Source: Stylophora pistillata
Lineage: Eukaryota
DNA: 64,000 bases
Assembly (NCBI RefSeq): GCF_002571385.2
Contig: NW_019218275.1
Span: 26,586-90,585, forward strand
Direction of reading: 5' to 3'
Below are positions 25,594 to 39,413 of the stretch, in pieces. How positions within the stretch are numbered: the stretch's first letter is position 1; each line of letters opens with the position of its first letter. The position numbers were made by a program, and so were the translations under genes. The notes beneath the pieces were generated by a model that was given only the letters and a program-made list of their open reading frames with translations, did not search any database and had not been told where the DNA came from.

Positions 25594-28500
25594 ATGGCTT
25601 TTGTTGCCAAGGGAGGATTAATTTTAGCCTATCTTGTGTTCAACTCGTTTGCCTTGAAGCTGCAACGAAGAAATGAAGATGTTTATGGAAACACATGGGT
25701 GGTCTATGTCGAAAGGGAAAAGAGATTTGTCGACGAGTTGGCAGAGAAAAATGGTTTTGTAAACAGAGGAGAGATTTCAGGCTTTCCTGGACATTTCTTA
25801 TTTGAACACAAAACACTCGGAAAGCGGCGAGTTCGCAGAGGTGCACCGCAACACACGAACAGTCTGTTACGTGAACCTTTTGTGAAATTTGCTCGCCAGC
25901 AGAAAGTTTTGAGAAGGACTAAACGAGGATATTTTTTAGACCCTTATTATAAAGATCAGTGGTATTTGAACAACTCAGGTAAGTACAACATTTGCATGTA
26001 TAGATCCACGATGAATTTAAAATCTCCTCTCCCTGTAATGTAACGTGTCGAAAATGTGTCTGTGCTAGTGGTAAGCAAGAGCTAGCTTTAGTTATGGCTC
26101 GTTGAAGCGGAATTATGTAGATGATGGTTGGGGAAGTTGTTGTCCAATGGAAGCTTTTCTGCCTTGATTCTGTTCGGTGGATTTATGAGATGACTTATCT
26201 GTGTGTGAATTTCGAGTTTGGACAGAAATATTTTACATTTATGGTATCTCTATTTTGCATGACTGCCCAAGACATTTTGCCTACTGTAAAATTAAGTTGT
26301 CGATGACGCTAAGAGTTAGAATTCAGTTCAATCAGCCTATCGGGCAGGAAAAATTTGATTGAATTTGATCAAGTCAGTGGAATAATGCATGGTGTTTCCT
26401 TGTTTACAATTTTAAGTCATGAGTGTGTTTGATTCCCTATCTTCATGATCGAAAACACCTCAAGAAAGCTAGGCCATGAAAAATTCCTCGTGAGTATTCC
26501 TTAACTTCCTGTGTACCTAATACAGTTAAGAGTTTGAAACTAAACACACTTATTGGCCCTGTAAAACGGTCATGAACTATATTGTACTCTGACAGATTGA
26601 ACGTACCAAATGATTCTCTAAACGAATTGGATCGATTCGAGCGATTTCTTTCTATCCCGTAAATGCGTTTTGCATGCGTTTTGCCTGTGGATTTAAATTT
26701 CAAACTTCAATCCCTTTATCTTATCATAGCTGCTCAGCTACGGCATGGACGTTGGATTTAGCTGGTATCTATTTTTGCAAGGGACTTCATTGACAGAACC
26801 TCTCGAAACACAAAGGGAATCGTTAGCATTCAATTATCGACCCATATTTGACATCTTCGATTTGTTTGTTAAATTTTCGTCAACTTTGCTGTTGTGCCGA
26901 AGACCTAGACGGGTAACGAAAGGACATTAATATGGCCGATTTGTTTAGGAATGTTTTGTTTAGCAAAATAAAGTATATTGCCTTATACTTGGTGAATATT
27001 TTCGACATTGACGAAAGCCTTTGTAATCGGGTGTTCGTCAATCATAGGTGTTCAGAAAGCAAAATCACAAGACTTTTGCTCTAATTGATATAAAGATCTC
27101 ATTGTGGTTAACATCAGAAGCAGTTGCTAACTTGAAAAAAGCTCTTGCTCAGTTTGAAATTGGCTGGAAGAGAAAGAACTATGGCTGTGTTGAAAAGCCT
27201 CACAGCTTTGCAGGATAGGTTGGCCTTGTGGGGGCTCCCCGAATCCAAAAGTTCACATATGCAAATCAAGTATGCGGAATGTATTTCCTATCCAGCCTAC
27301 CCCTAATTACACTGTTCATTAGATTAGTCACCCCCTGGCCTCAGAAGATATAGATCATTTCCCATTGATAAGACTTCAAAATAACATGTTCACTAATTTT
27401 TGTCTGGCTGGTATTTTTGACAGGCATTCTTTTCCAATGAGCAGATGGTTAAGAGCTCTTTTTGGAGATAACAGGACTCTGTGTGACAAATTTGTCATCT
27501 TACATCAGTGTTAAAGAAGCTTAAAATGTATACTTTGAATCTAAGAACTGCACTATGAACTGTTTGAATATTTAATCCTTTCCAGACTCTTTAGCCTCTG
27601 CTTAAATTGACTAAATTAAATTCACTAAAGTGTGACATGACTGCATTTCCCTCAGGAAGAAGTCAATTTTAGAGGATCCAGAAAAAATTGATGCATATGC
27701 CCTACAGCATTAAAAAAAGCTCATATTTCTATTTTTCCATCACAACATTTAGAGATACCAATAGGTAGGGGGCTTTATGACTGAAGAAAACAATCAGGAA
27801 AACCCTTTCAAGGTATTTTTGAGAAATTATCCTTGAAGTCAACATGCAAGGCAACTTCCCAGTTCTAACTCTGTTTGATGTGAATTACAGCAAGTACATG
27901 TACATTAATTAGTTGTAGAAAAAAGGAAATTTTTTAATTAAATAAGCAGGCATTGTCTAATTGCATTTCGCTGGATGTCGCATACGTGAATTTATGTATG
28001 TTTCATGTTTTGCATCTAAAATCGATGATGGTTTTTGAAATTTGGCACCAGTGTCCAATTACCAACTAAACTGACCAAAGATTGATACATATACTATGTG
28101 GCTTCTTAGCAGGAGGGATTTCTTGAACCTTTGGCCCTATTGTTAACCTCAGAGAGATACTAACTAAATGGGATTGTAAACTGGCCAAATTTAGGTTGAA
28201 CACTCAGCTGTAATGTTCAGAAAAACAGACGGTCAAGTTTACTTAAATTCTGTACATCTGCCGTTGAAGTTGAATTTTTGTCTCTCCGATACTTGTGCAA
28301 CGCAAGAACGACGATGCATGTATTGCCACATTGTTCTGTCAGCTTAATGAACTGTTCTAAGCTTAGCTTAATCTTTTGTATCAATACTTACAGCTTGTTT
28401 CTGATAGTTGAAATACTCCTTTTGTTGGGACATCCATTTTTTTTTCTCTGCTCTTTGTCAACTTTTGTGGCCTCTTGAATACTCCTTGATTTAAACATGC

Positions 28501-31500
28501 AAGTCCAAGATGTTTACAGTTCAAACTTTTTTAAAAAGCTTAAAATTTTTTCTGCTCGTGTTCAGCTTGAAAGTAGAGTGCACTTACTAATGACATTAAT
28601 TTAGGCATGTGGCAAAAATGTGGCCTGCAGGAAAATATCATTCAATACAGTCACAAAATTTCTCTCTTTCGCAAATTTGTATGAAACCTTTTTTTGTTCA
28701 TGGTCAAAGAAGTCATAGATCCAAATCCTGTGTTTTCTTGTACTAGGCAAGTCTTTTCTCCCAAGAATTTACCTTGTTTTGTTTATCCCTTACTATGATA
28801 AATAGTTCTTTTAATATAGCATATGCCACCCTGTCTATATAGGATGTAGTGTGATCTTTTAAGACCCTTTTCACTACAGCTTTGCATACCTGCATGTACA
28901 CAGTACAGTGTGTGGTGCTCTTAAGAATGAACTGCCCAATACAGTTAGCAATGGGAGAGCATTAGTGCCTTTATTTGGAATACAATGTTGAGAAACATAC
29001 ATATCATTTATCTAATTAAATATATAGTACTGATGCTGCAAGCCCTGATAAACAATGCTGCTGCTTTGATCAGCCTTAATATCCTATTAATCTTTTGAAA
29101 TGTAAACTTTTGCTAGTTAACAGCTTCTTTGTGGGTTATTTTTTTTTATTTACTACAGTGACTTTCTCACCTAATAAACAATTGCCTAATGTAATTGGGG
29201 CTTCTTGACTTTTGCTACCTTTTCAACTCATCCACTCTGATTTTCAGAATATGGGCTAGAAGGTATGCTACAAGTCAAATAGGATTATAAGATTAATATT
29301 CTACTATCATTCCACTTTGGTTTCAACAACATATTTTGCACAAATTCCTTATGATAAATTTTGCAGTAAGTAAAACTGTTTGAGCAAATTTGGTGTTGCT
29401 TAAAATATAAGTTTGAAGAAAGCTTGCATTTGTGTAATCAGAAACTACTGGAAATTTAACTTAATGGATGTTTTTGTTGTCAAACTTTTCTTTGGTATGA
29501 AAGTGAAATCACATGCATGAACTTTTTGTGAGTTCTACAAGTGTTGTTTCCATTAGATAAGCATTCTATGTAAGGGATACATTTGTTTATACATTTGTAT
29601 ACACATTTGTTTTCATTTATAAAAAGTAAACAAACTTGTGAAACAGTACTGAACTAGATAAAATTGAAAGAAAATGGGTAAATTTAGATCTTGGTCTTGA
29701 AATTCTTATTGGATTAATTGAGCATGGGGCAAGGTGAGGTCTCAATTTTTTTCATGTGCTTGTGTCAAGACTAATAACATCTTAATTTAGTGCAGAATTG
29801 TAAGTGACAGACAGGTACTTCAAAAGTGTGTTCAAACATCTTGAATAACATTGTCTTATCAATATTCCACAGGACAAACCGTAGGACCACGGGGATTTGA
29901 CATCAATGTGGGACCAGTATGGCGAAGAAATATCACAGGTCACGGTGTGGTTGTTACAATTTTGGATGATGGTATTGAGTACACTCATCCTGATCTTAAA
30001 GACAATTATGAAGCAAAGGCTAGTTGGGACTTTAATAGTCATGATAGTGATCCAATGCCTCGTTATAGCAGAGACAACATCAATAAACATGGCACAAGGT
30101 ACCTTTTCTTCCTTTTTTTGGTCAGAATTGGCTGGTGTCCCGACAGATCCTTGAATTGCTGGAGACACTGTCAAGTCACTCTGTTTTCTTTGAAAATATA
30201 ATGTTCTTTTGTTTTTCTTAATTCATTCATTGTCTAGTTCTGATATTTCTGATAACTAAAATTGATATGTGTTCTTATGCTTTACCACATTTTGTACTGG
30301 TTCCTTTTGGAATATATTCATTTGTTTTTATTAGCTGGGGTTATTTATCTGTTTTGGTTTTACTAGAGTTTTTTCTCTATAGATATGGCATGTTAGACAG
30401 GGCAGCAGAACTTATCTATAAACAGTGTTATTTCCAATTAATTTTCAGATGTGCAGGGGAAGTAGCCGCTGGTGTAAATAACAACAAGTGTGGAGTAGGT
30501 GTGGCTTACAATTCACGCATTGGAGGTGTGAGAATGCTTGATGGGGATGTAACAGATGCCATCGAGGCCTGGTCACTAGGTCTAAATAAAGACTTCATTG
30601 ATATCTACAGCAGCAGCTGGGGCCCAGATGATGATGGAAGAACTGTGGATGGCCCAGGTCCTATGGCCAAGAAAGCATTCAGAGAAGGTATTTTGTTGTA
30701 ACAGTCATTAAAACATGAAGCGTGCAATACTAGAATGTGGGTGCACAAAGGGAAGCAAGGGGGTCATCATCTTGACCAAGCTGCAAATCACTTCCAAGCA
30801 ACTGTCAACATCACTGATAAGCAGAGATGTGGGGTGAATATTTACTGAAAGGGTGGTAGGTACAAGAAGAAAGGGAAGGAAACAAATCCAGCAAAGTTGT
30901 CAGGCAAATTGATATGAAACATGTGGCGATGCGCTAGGTGAAACTGATGCATTGACTTGTAAATTTGCCAAAATTACTTTTAGCCTCAATTTAGTTTTAA
31001 GTTAGTAGTTTTGTTATGAAGTTAATTGAAACAGCTGACTAAGTCAGTTTTTAGCTGTATATGCACACAACTGACACTACATTTTGCTATAGGGATCAGA
31101 AAAGGACGTGGTGGTCTGGGAGCCATCTTTGTCTGGGCCACAGGTAATGGTGGACACTACAATGACTACTGCAACTGCGATGGCTACATTACAAGCATTT
31201 TCACTGTGTCTATTGGCGCTGTCAATGATCGTGGCAAGTCACCGTGGTATGCAGAACCATGTCCATCAACTCTTGCTGTAACCTACAGCAGTGGTGAAAC
31301 TAGAGGGGCAGACAAGCAGATTGTTACAACTGATTTGCATCATCAGTGCACAAAAAGCCACACAGGCACATCAGCTGCTGCTCCTCTGGCTGCAGGTTTG
31401 TTTGTTTGTTACTTTTACTGATGTACCATGCTCCCCATTGTGCACTGATGTGTACAAGATCTCACTTAATATGTCAAGTTGAGAATAAGTAGTACATGAA

Positions 31501-34500
31501 GTAATCTCAGTCATGCATACAACATTCTTAACCAGCTGTGTTGTGCTAAGAATATGATAAATGTTTATGAAAAATTGCCTGATTTGTTTGGACCACCTTA
31601 ATTTTTTTGTCATGACAAAAATTTTTTTGGGCTGAAAAAGTGTAATGGAGATTGAAAGACATCGTGTGAGCAATCCCCTTCTAAGATTTCAATAACAAAT
31701 TAACTCCTTTTTGTAAGAGGTTGATCATTATTTCAATGTTACCTAGGGTGTACCTGTATTTCTTAGTTATTGGTAGAACTGTAATTTCCGGCCGTTTACC
31801 CACTGGTAATCTGTTTCCATAAACATGTGTCACTGCGGGAGGTGTGGGTTATGTGACAATTTTGAAATCTACTGGTAGTTGAATTAAAAAAAAATTCTCA
31901 CCTTCCTGTATTTCCACCTCTCAAATGAATTTTATTGTATTAAGAGTGCCACGAAGCAGCACGAAAACATGATGCCTACTCAAGTTTATTTCACACACAA
32001 TTAGTTGCGCGGTGAACAAATTTTATTGGCACGCATGTAAACAAACCTTGATGTTGACAGAAATAATCCAAGGGTATCCAGCACATCTAACAAATTTCAA
32101 GTTAACACTAGCTTGAGCCGAAGAGAATTTTCCCGTTTTAAGAAACTTGTTAAGCCCAGTAGAACTGGAGATATCAATTTTGTTGAGAAATCAACAATTC
32201 AGCATGGCATTGATTATGATCGCTCGCACAAAGTGTGGCCACGAATTCGCATTCTGTTGAGTAGGAAATGTTGTGAATTCTACAGCCATTTTGCACAAAT
32301 TTTCTTTGCTTTCAAGGTGTAGGTAATCTGTTGACTTTTTTTTTGCCATATGCAATAATCAGCTGGTGCGGGTAATCAGCTGTGCGAGTAAATGGCCGTT
32401 AATTATAGTAACTAAGCTTGGATCTGAATGTCTGCACCTATTAGTAGACTTGGTTATTTTGTTCTGTTTGGCTAATATTCTAAACTCTATTAGTTTGACA
32501 GCTATTCTTTGGATTATAAATAATAATTTATCACCTGTATATGGTCATACTTTCATTTAATGGTCAGTCTGCTCAAGAAACCCTGACAACATCAAAGTGT
32601 TTCCAATATCAAATGTTTTATAAAGTACCTGTTTAAAGAAAAATTTTATCATCAAACAATATTATTCTATATTATTATTGTGGCCTTTGTAAGGCTGGTA
32701 GATGATAATTGGCATACCAACCTGGCAGCAACTGAGACATATTTGATTTCTTTATTGTTATTGATATCTACAGCTGCCACTGCAAAATAAGTAAATGAAG
32801 TGTTTGTCATACCAGATATTAAAATGCCATGAAATATTGATTTTCATGACACTTGTTTGAATACTATTGGTATCATAGTTTACAATATATTCAGATGGTT
32901 GTATTATGTTTGAGATCATTATTACTTTTGCTTCTACATTATAAGTTTTGCTTTTTGAACTTAAAGCCTTCATTATAGAGATGTTTGATCTTGTTAAAGT
33001 TCAAATAACGGATTTTTACAATTACAATCATCATTTTGCATCAGATTCACCTGTGTTTTATGCAAAACAAAAAATTATGGAATCATTCTGGAATTTGTTT
33101 GTCTAAAGTTTCTTTTGTGTTTCTACCAAAGTACCACAAAAGCCCATGGATAAGCCACACTTTTTTTCAAAAATTGTGACTAGAAATTGGGGGTGCAGCT
33201 AATTTGTGGAAACATTTGATAAAGGTGTTGTGAATGTCCATTGTGTCCGATCTAATGCCTGGTTACTAAGCTTCGAACGTTCTGCTCACATTCTTGTTGT
33301 AATGTAAAAGTCTATACAAAAATTGTGTTGAATAAAGAAATTCCTGTTGACAAAGACCAGAAAAAGACCAATCATATGTCCAAGTTGGTAGAAACTAGAA
33401 ATGATGCTAATTATTTTAAAATGCTAAAATTGCGGGTAACACTTTGAAGTATTTTCTATTGCAATGTTAATGATGAGTTTTTGTTTGATGAACAGTGGAT
33501 GAAGAAGACTTCTCAAGACTCAACTTTGGATTTCTTTTGATTTCTATCAAAAAACTTTTTTTTCAAATTTGAGCTCCTAAATTTGGGTTGCAGCTTATCT
33601 GCGGGCTTTTATGGCATCACTTTGTGGGATTGAAAAGTTGACTAGCTTGATTTAATTGTGATCATAATACAGATGTTTGTGAATCTTTTTGGAGTTTTTT
33701 GTTTTCTTTTTATTATTAGGCGGATTTTTTTTTCAAAAAGTGTTGCTTAATAAAGATTTCATTTATTTTAATCAGAATACATTTTTCTATGGTAGGTATA
33801 TTTGCTTTGGTGTTAGAGGCAAATCCGAAATTAAGCTGGAGAGATTTGCAGCATCTTGTTGTTGAGACTTCCAAAGTAACTGATCGGCTGGACAAAGGCT
33901 GGCAGAAAAATGGTGCTAGATATCGTGTGAATCACAAGTATGGGTTTGGAGTGTTAGACACAGATGCTCTTGTGACAGCAGCCACCTCTCCTACCTGGAG
34001 ACCTGCTCCTGAGCAACACATGTGCCGAGAACAGGATCACATGGATAACAAGAAGATCCCAGCCAAAGGGACTCTCACATCAACAATTCTAAGTTCTGGC
34101 TGCTCAAGAAAGATAAACTGTGTTATGAAACTAGAACATGTACGAGTGTACATAACACTGAGTCATAAATCAAGAGGCTCGTTAAGAATTGTTTTAACTT
34201 CACCTGCTGGTACTAAATCCGAGCTTTTAGCCCCAAGAGACAGAGATTATTCTAGTCATGGTTTTCAAAACTGGCCATTTATGACTGTGTTTAGTTGGGG
34301 TGAGAATCCTGCAGGCCTCTGGAAGTTAGAGGTTACTGATACTAAGGGTTTTGAGGGAGAGTTCAAAAAGTGGTCCATTAGACTTTATGGCACATGTGAA
34401 GATCATCTGAACATCACACCAAATGATTCTAAAATGTGCAGCAAAGTTTGTAGGAAAGGATGTGAGGAACCCTTCAACACTTTGTGTCCCAACTGTTCAA

Positions 34501-34913
34501 TGCTGTGCCATTGTGATTTAGGAGAGTGCCTGCCCCTGTGTAATGCCGATGATGATGTCGATCAAGAACGAAAAGAATGCCATAAGAGTGCATTGGGCGG
34601 TGGACTCAGGATTGACGATGAAGATGATGAGCAGGATGTTACCAAGACTCCAACCATCAATATGCTGCATGATCAGGGAATATCAACGTTTATGAAGTTA
34701 CTTATCATTTTTATTCTTGTAGCTGTTATTTTAACAGCTGTGCTCATCATGTGGCACTTCAAAGTCAGTCAGAAAGGTTGTTGGGCTATCCCAGATAAAA
34801 TAACCAATCAGAACCGTGCCATCTCCCAAACAAATGTGGGATATTGGCCTGTCTCTGTTACACCTGAGGTGAACAGTCAGAACCTTAAAGGACTAGGTAA
34901 CTTAAAGATGTAG
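25594..34913 (+). CDS. Furin/kexin-like proprotein convertase (peptidase S8B), type I membrane protein, 756 aa
   Basis: Exons 25594-25978, 29873-30098, 30449-30687, 31093-31395, 33796-34913 (2271 nt, phases compatible). Signal peptide; prodomain ending RRTKR; catalytic D (ILDDG), H (HGTRC), oxyanion N (ATGNGG), S (GTSAAAP); P domain ([34 protein letters not shown]); short Cys-rich stretch; [21 protein letters not shown]. Confidence 0.95.
31778..32410. mobile_element. Tc1/mariner-type MITE (same family as 50042-50533)
   Basis: Ends ACTGTAATTTCCGGCCGTTTACC ... GAGTAAATGGCCGTTAATTATAGTA; shares internal sequence (AATCTACTGGTAGTTGAATT) in inverse orientation with the 50 kb copy. Confidence 0.65.
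33132..33616. mobile_element. Degenerate pogo/Tigger-like MITE
   Basis: TIR-like ends TACCACAAAAGCCCATGGATAAGCCACAC / TTGCAGCTTATCTGCGGGCTTTTATGGCA; mismatches are mostly CpG-type transitions. Confidence 0.6.
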
Positions 34914-37900
34914 GTTATTACACATTTCTTTTCTCAAGTTTCTGTATTATACTGTGTCCATGTGGGGTAAGTGTTACCCTACCATGGTCAGAATTCTTTA
35001 TTCTTTTGAAAATCACAATCATTTTATTTGTTAATTCATTTTGATAAAGACGACAGTCTAGACTTGTTATTTGACAAATATTTTACTCTGGGTGTGAAAG
35101 TGCATAACCAGTTCATGGTAGGGTTTTGGTTCCAAATAACCACAAATTTATCTGACTAAAGGAAAACTGTTACCTCCTTTAGCACTACTAGAGAGCTTTC
35201 CTTGATCCTATCCATCTAGTATGGTATCCTTAGCACTTAAGTTTAATATTTTTTGTAGCACTTGCTGGCAAGAAATACACAAACTATACTGGCCATTATT
35301 TCTTTGATCAGTGTTTCAAACAAGAAAGAACTTTTGTACTTTTAATTGTAAAATGCTGTACATAGAGTACATTAGATTGATTTTTTATAATTGATTTGAC
35401 AAAAACTGTTTTCTATTGTATAAACAAATTTGAAAACACTGTAGGTGAATGTCATGAAATAATGCCCAATACATTAGTACATTTTTTTTACTTTTAAATA
35501 AGCTTGTTTTGATTTTAAAACAAAAAGGCAGCTGCATCAGCTTCCTTTGGTCATGTTTCTCTTTCTTTAATTACATTTTTTCACAAATTTCAAGTATACA
35601 TTAAGGTGGAATGAATACCACTACAAATTGTTCTTGAACTTTTCTGCTAAATGAACATATAAACATATTTGTGAAGAGTTTACCTCTCAAATAATGATAC
35701 AGTATCAATAAAATTGCTTTCATTTTGAATACAATGGATTGCCTGATTAGTAGAATTAATTTTGTGCAGAGTACCACTTGTGCCAACTCTTTCAGATTAT
35801 CAGTCTCCTGTGTACAGAATAAGTCCCCCTTGCTTCCTGCACTTCAAAGATTAACAGAAATTTGGATATATCCTCACCAGTGAAGGGAAAATTAATTACA
35901 TTGATTTATGGCCTAAGTTTGCCAAGTGAGGCCCCTGTGTGGTTGGTTCCTCGGGATTTTCTCCTGTTTTGTCTTGTGAAACAATGGCGCAAACTAAAAG
36001 ATGTTATTCCCATTCCAATTGTTTGAGTTTCTGGATTCTTCTCTTCTATGTTAGAATGTGGTTGTGAATTTTCCCCCATTTTTCATTGATTTGTATGTGG
36101 AGGGACTTAAGTGTGGAGAGGGACTGGGCCATTTAGTCAGGAATACACTGAGTGGGTAGGGTTGGCAAGTGAATCAAGATTATACATTACTAGATTTCAG
36201 TTCCTAGGGGCTTACTAAATTTCAGTTTCCATGGGGCTCAAAGGGGCAGAGAAAGAAGAGGCAAATAATCAAATGTCTGCGTATAATTTCATGAAACTAC
36301 AGAATGAGAAAGATACATGTATTATTCAGCCACAAGAAGGTTTTGTGACCTTGACTGGCTTTTTTGGTGTGACTAATAAATTGCCCTGCCTCATAATTTA
36401 TTAATGTAAATATTATGTGGCTGTCTGTGTGGTGTGCATGATAAAGTTATGACAGATATAGAAAGCTAGAATGTTTTTGATTTGAAATGAACTTGCATTC
36501 TATCAACTGATAATAACTATGCTTCTGGTTGCTTCATGGTAAAGAAACCAGAATAAGCTTGGCACAGATGGACCACTTGGCTCAAGTGTAGACTAAAGTA
36601 CTCTTTGCAGTAAATAAAAGGTGATTATGCATAGCAATAGTTTTAAGACAGTTTTTGTCTAGGACAGTTGACCATTGGCTATCTGTTTTTTGTCTGCCTT
36701 GTCAATACTTGATTTGTCAAAAAATGGGTTGAATTGCCTGGGACTAGACAAAAGGAGTAGGGATGTCAGAGGCTTCACTCCTTGCAAGGGTCCAGAATTT
36801 CTTCCTTGTACCGTGCTTGTGGCAAGACAAAAACATCCCACTTTGTTTCTTAGACTCTAGAACAAATTTTCTGCAAGCCTTAGTCAGCAGTGTTATCTAT
36901 CTGGTGGGTTTCATAGTTTTGGGGTATAAAATTTAAAATTTCATTCTCTTCCACTTCTTAAACTCCCTTGCAAGTGTGTGTGAGGGTGGCAAAAGGTTTA
37001 TATTTGACAAGTGTTAAAGTCCAAAATTTGTATGTGATGCATGGATTTTTACAGAAGGGTAAAGTAAGATGAGATTTGAAGTTTTCCCTTTTAAATTTGT
37101 GATGCCTAAAGTACTGTTTGCACTACATGATGCATGAAAGTTTTCTAAAATTTGTACATGAGTAGTGAATCAGGACTCACTCCCTTTTCAAGTTAGTTCT
37201 ATAGGAAGAGAAGTTGAACCAAACCCCAACACATTCCTTGATTGTTTCCCATCTGTTCAATGACATAACTGGAGTCTACTTTTGATGAGTTGCACCTGTG
37301 GATAGGATGGTATGTTTATTTCTTGGTGCATTCTCCAATTCAGAGCAACAAGAACTATGGCTATGAAGTAACTATAAATTATTAAAATTAGATAACTGCT
37401 GTCATACTAGAAAAAAATATTAAGGCACTGGTAACCACAGTTAAAAAATAGCTGACTAGTTTAATTGATTCTTTAGATGTAGATCAAAAAGACCCTTTTG
37501 TGTTTATGAGTGATATTTCTTTATTCAGTGGATTAAAAGCAGCCCCTCCTTTTTGGCAAAGTATATTTGTGAGTCAGAAAAAAATAGTGGAGAAAAAGTT
37601 TTCATGTTCGTACACAGTGCAGAACTTTAGGAGTGAGGCCTATTTTCTGTGCACCTCAGTCCCAGAGTTTTGCACAGCAAGCTAGCATCAATTTCTGCTT
37701 TCAATGAATTTTTCTTTTACTCACATGACAGACTTTGCAATGTAGCTGGGAATGCTCTTGGTCAAATTTTGTATTGATTTGTGAATATGTTTCACCCTTA
37801 TATTGGCTTTACCCACCTGAGCTTTGTTGGGTAGGAGAAGTCTTTCCAAAGAAACTGTGTCCATCAGGAGATGCACTAAAGCAGAACATAATTTACTTGA

Positions 37901-38512
37901 AATGTAAGGCTTTGAAATTTGGATCTTTATTTCTCCAAAATGCTGCATAAAACTAAAAAAGGGAACAGGGAAATGTGCTTCAAGCCTTGGGCAAGTAACT
38001 GAGTAAAAAATGTTTCTTGAGAATATTACAATCAAACAATCTCTTACAGCCCCTCAGTTAAACTTGGTAAAATACACAGTTAAAAGATGCCACAAGTTAA
38101 CATCACGAGTTTCAAGTACATTTTAAGTTCACAATATCCAGGATCCCGATCATTAGGTCATTTGAATCTGCTTGAATATGTTGAATGAAATAAAATGGTT
38201 AAAGAGGTGCAGACTACACAACGTTTTAGAAGACTCAGGGTATCTACGAACTTTCTCTGCAAGGTGGCAACCCTACCATGCCTATCAAATAGTCAAGACA
38301 CAAAGAAAATCTTAATAGACCATGGCATCTACTTTAATTTCAAAGTGTTATAATACATGTTTCTTTCGTGAGTTCGCTGCAATGTTTGAAACAATCATAA
38401 CTTTAAAAGACTCTGCTGTATTGATTACAAAACTAATCTTCGAATTGAAAAACTCCGTATAAAGTTTGAAATTAGCTTGCTGAACCCTGCTTAATCTGTA
38501 CATGCTGCAACT

Positions 38513-39019
38513 CTAGAAATTCTTGAGGAATTCTTCTGCACAAATACGCGCCCTGGCGTTAACAGCTAACTTCATTTCACTGATCTCCTTGTCTATCTCC
38601 TCCATAAACTGAATTACAAAATCAACAAGCTTGTGCTTAAACATTTGCTCCGTATGAAAGTTGGTGATGAGGAAGCTTATGTCGTATCCCTCAACTGGTT
38701 TCCTTCGAAGGATAAAGAAGTTTTCGGCCCGCATCATCATAAAACGCATGAACTTCTTGCACAGGATCTTTTCAATCTCGTCAGCTTGTTTTACGGCAAT
38801 GCTGATTCTCAGAGAGTTAATGGAACCTTCAATGAGCACCTTTTCTTTTTCATTTCGGCTGATGACCACTGGAGTTAGAAGCAATTCCTTGCTGCTTCGG
38901 ACTTCCACTTCGGGTTTGTTATGCCTTTCCACCACCTGGGAATCGAAATTTTCCAAACACATGGACGCAGTGAGAGTCGCACGGACGGCATTCAGGTAAG
39001 GACGTAGGGTAGCAGCCAT
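38513..39019 (-). CDS. ARPC4: Actin-related protein 2/3 complex subunit 4 (p20), 168 aa, intronless CDS
   Basis: [48 protein letters not shown]...[24 protein letters not shown], near-identical to known ARPC4; true ATG at 39019. Confidence 0.98.
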   Translation of the reverse strand: MAATLRPYLNAVRATLTASMCLENFDSQVVERHNKPEVEVRSSKELLLTPVVISRNEKEKVLIEGSINSLRISIAVKQADEIEKILCKKFMRFMMMRAENFFILRRKPVEGYDISFLITNFHTEQMFKHKLVDFVIQFMEEIDKEISEMKLAVNARARICAEEFLKNF

Positions 39020-39413
39020 TTTTTTCACAAAAAGAAGACAAAATTTGTGGAAGTTCCCAAAGAAATTGTCGGATAGCGGAAACTAGCTACCCTCCCTCCT
39101 CCAAGTGCGCATACTCCAAAAGAATACATGCCGCTGGTCGTTTTTTGCAGTAGCACAAAACAAAACAGGAAATCGAACGGAACTGTGGGATATCATCGTG
39201 TTCAGCGGCCATTTTCGTTTTGTATTTATCTGCCCAACACTTTTACTGATAGCTGAGCCCTTTTTTATGGTAGTAACGAGAACGATCCTATTATGATGAC
39301 GTTTAGCGTTTCTTTCTCTAAGACATGGAAAATATGACAGTGTTATTATTGTAAATGTGGAGACCAGAGGATAAATTTATTAGGTGTGTTTTGGAGGGTG
39401 GTGTGACAAAAAA
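39020..39413. promoter_or_regulatory. Bidirectional promoter/5'UTR region shared by ARPC4 and CNOT1
   Basis: Start codons are 394 bp apart and divergent; locally CpG-rich; ETS-like GCGGAAA (39076), NRF1-like GTGCGCAT (39105), YY1-like CGGCCATTTT (39206). Confidence 0.65.

Noticed and set aside
38633-38999. Plus-strand ORFs over ARPC4
   Set aside because: Antisense shadows of a highly conserved CDS.
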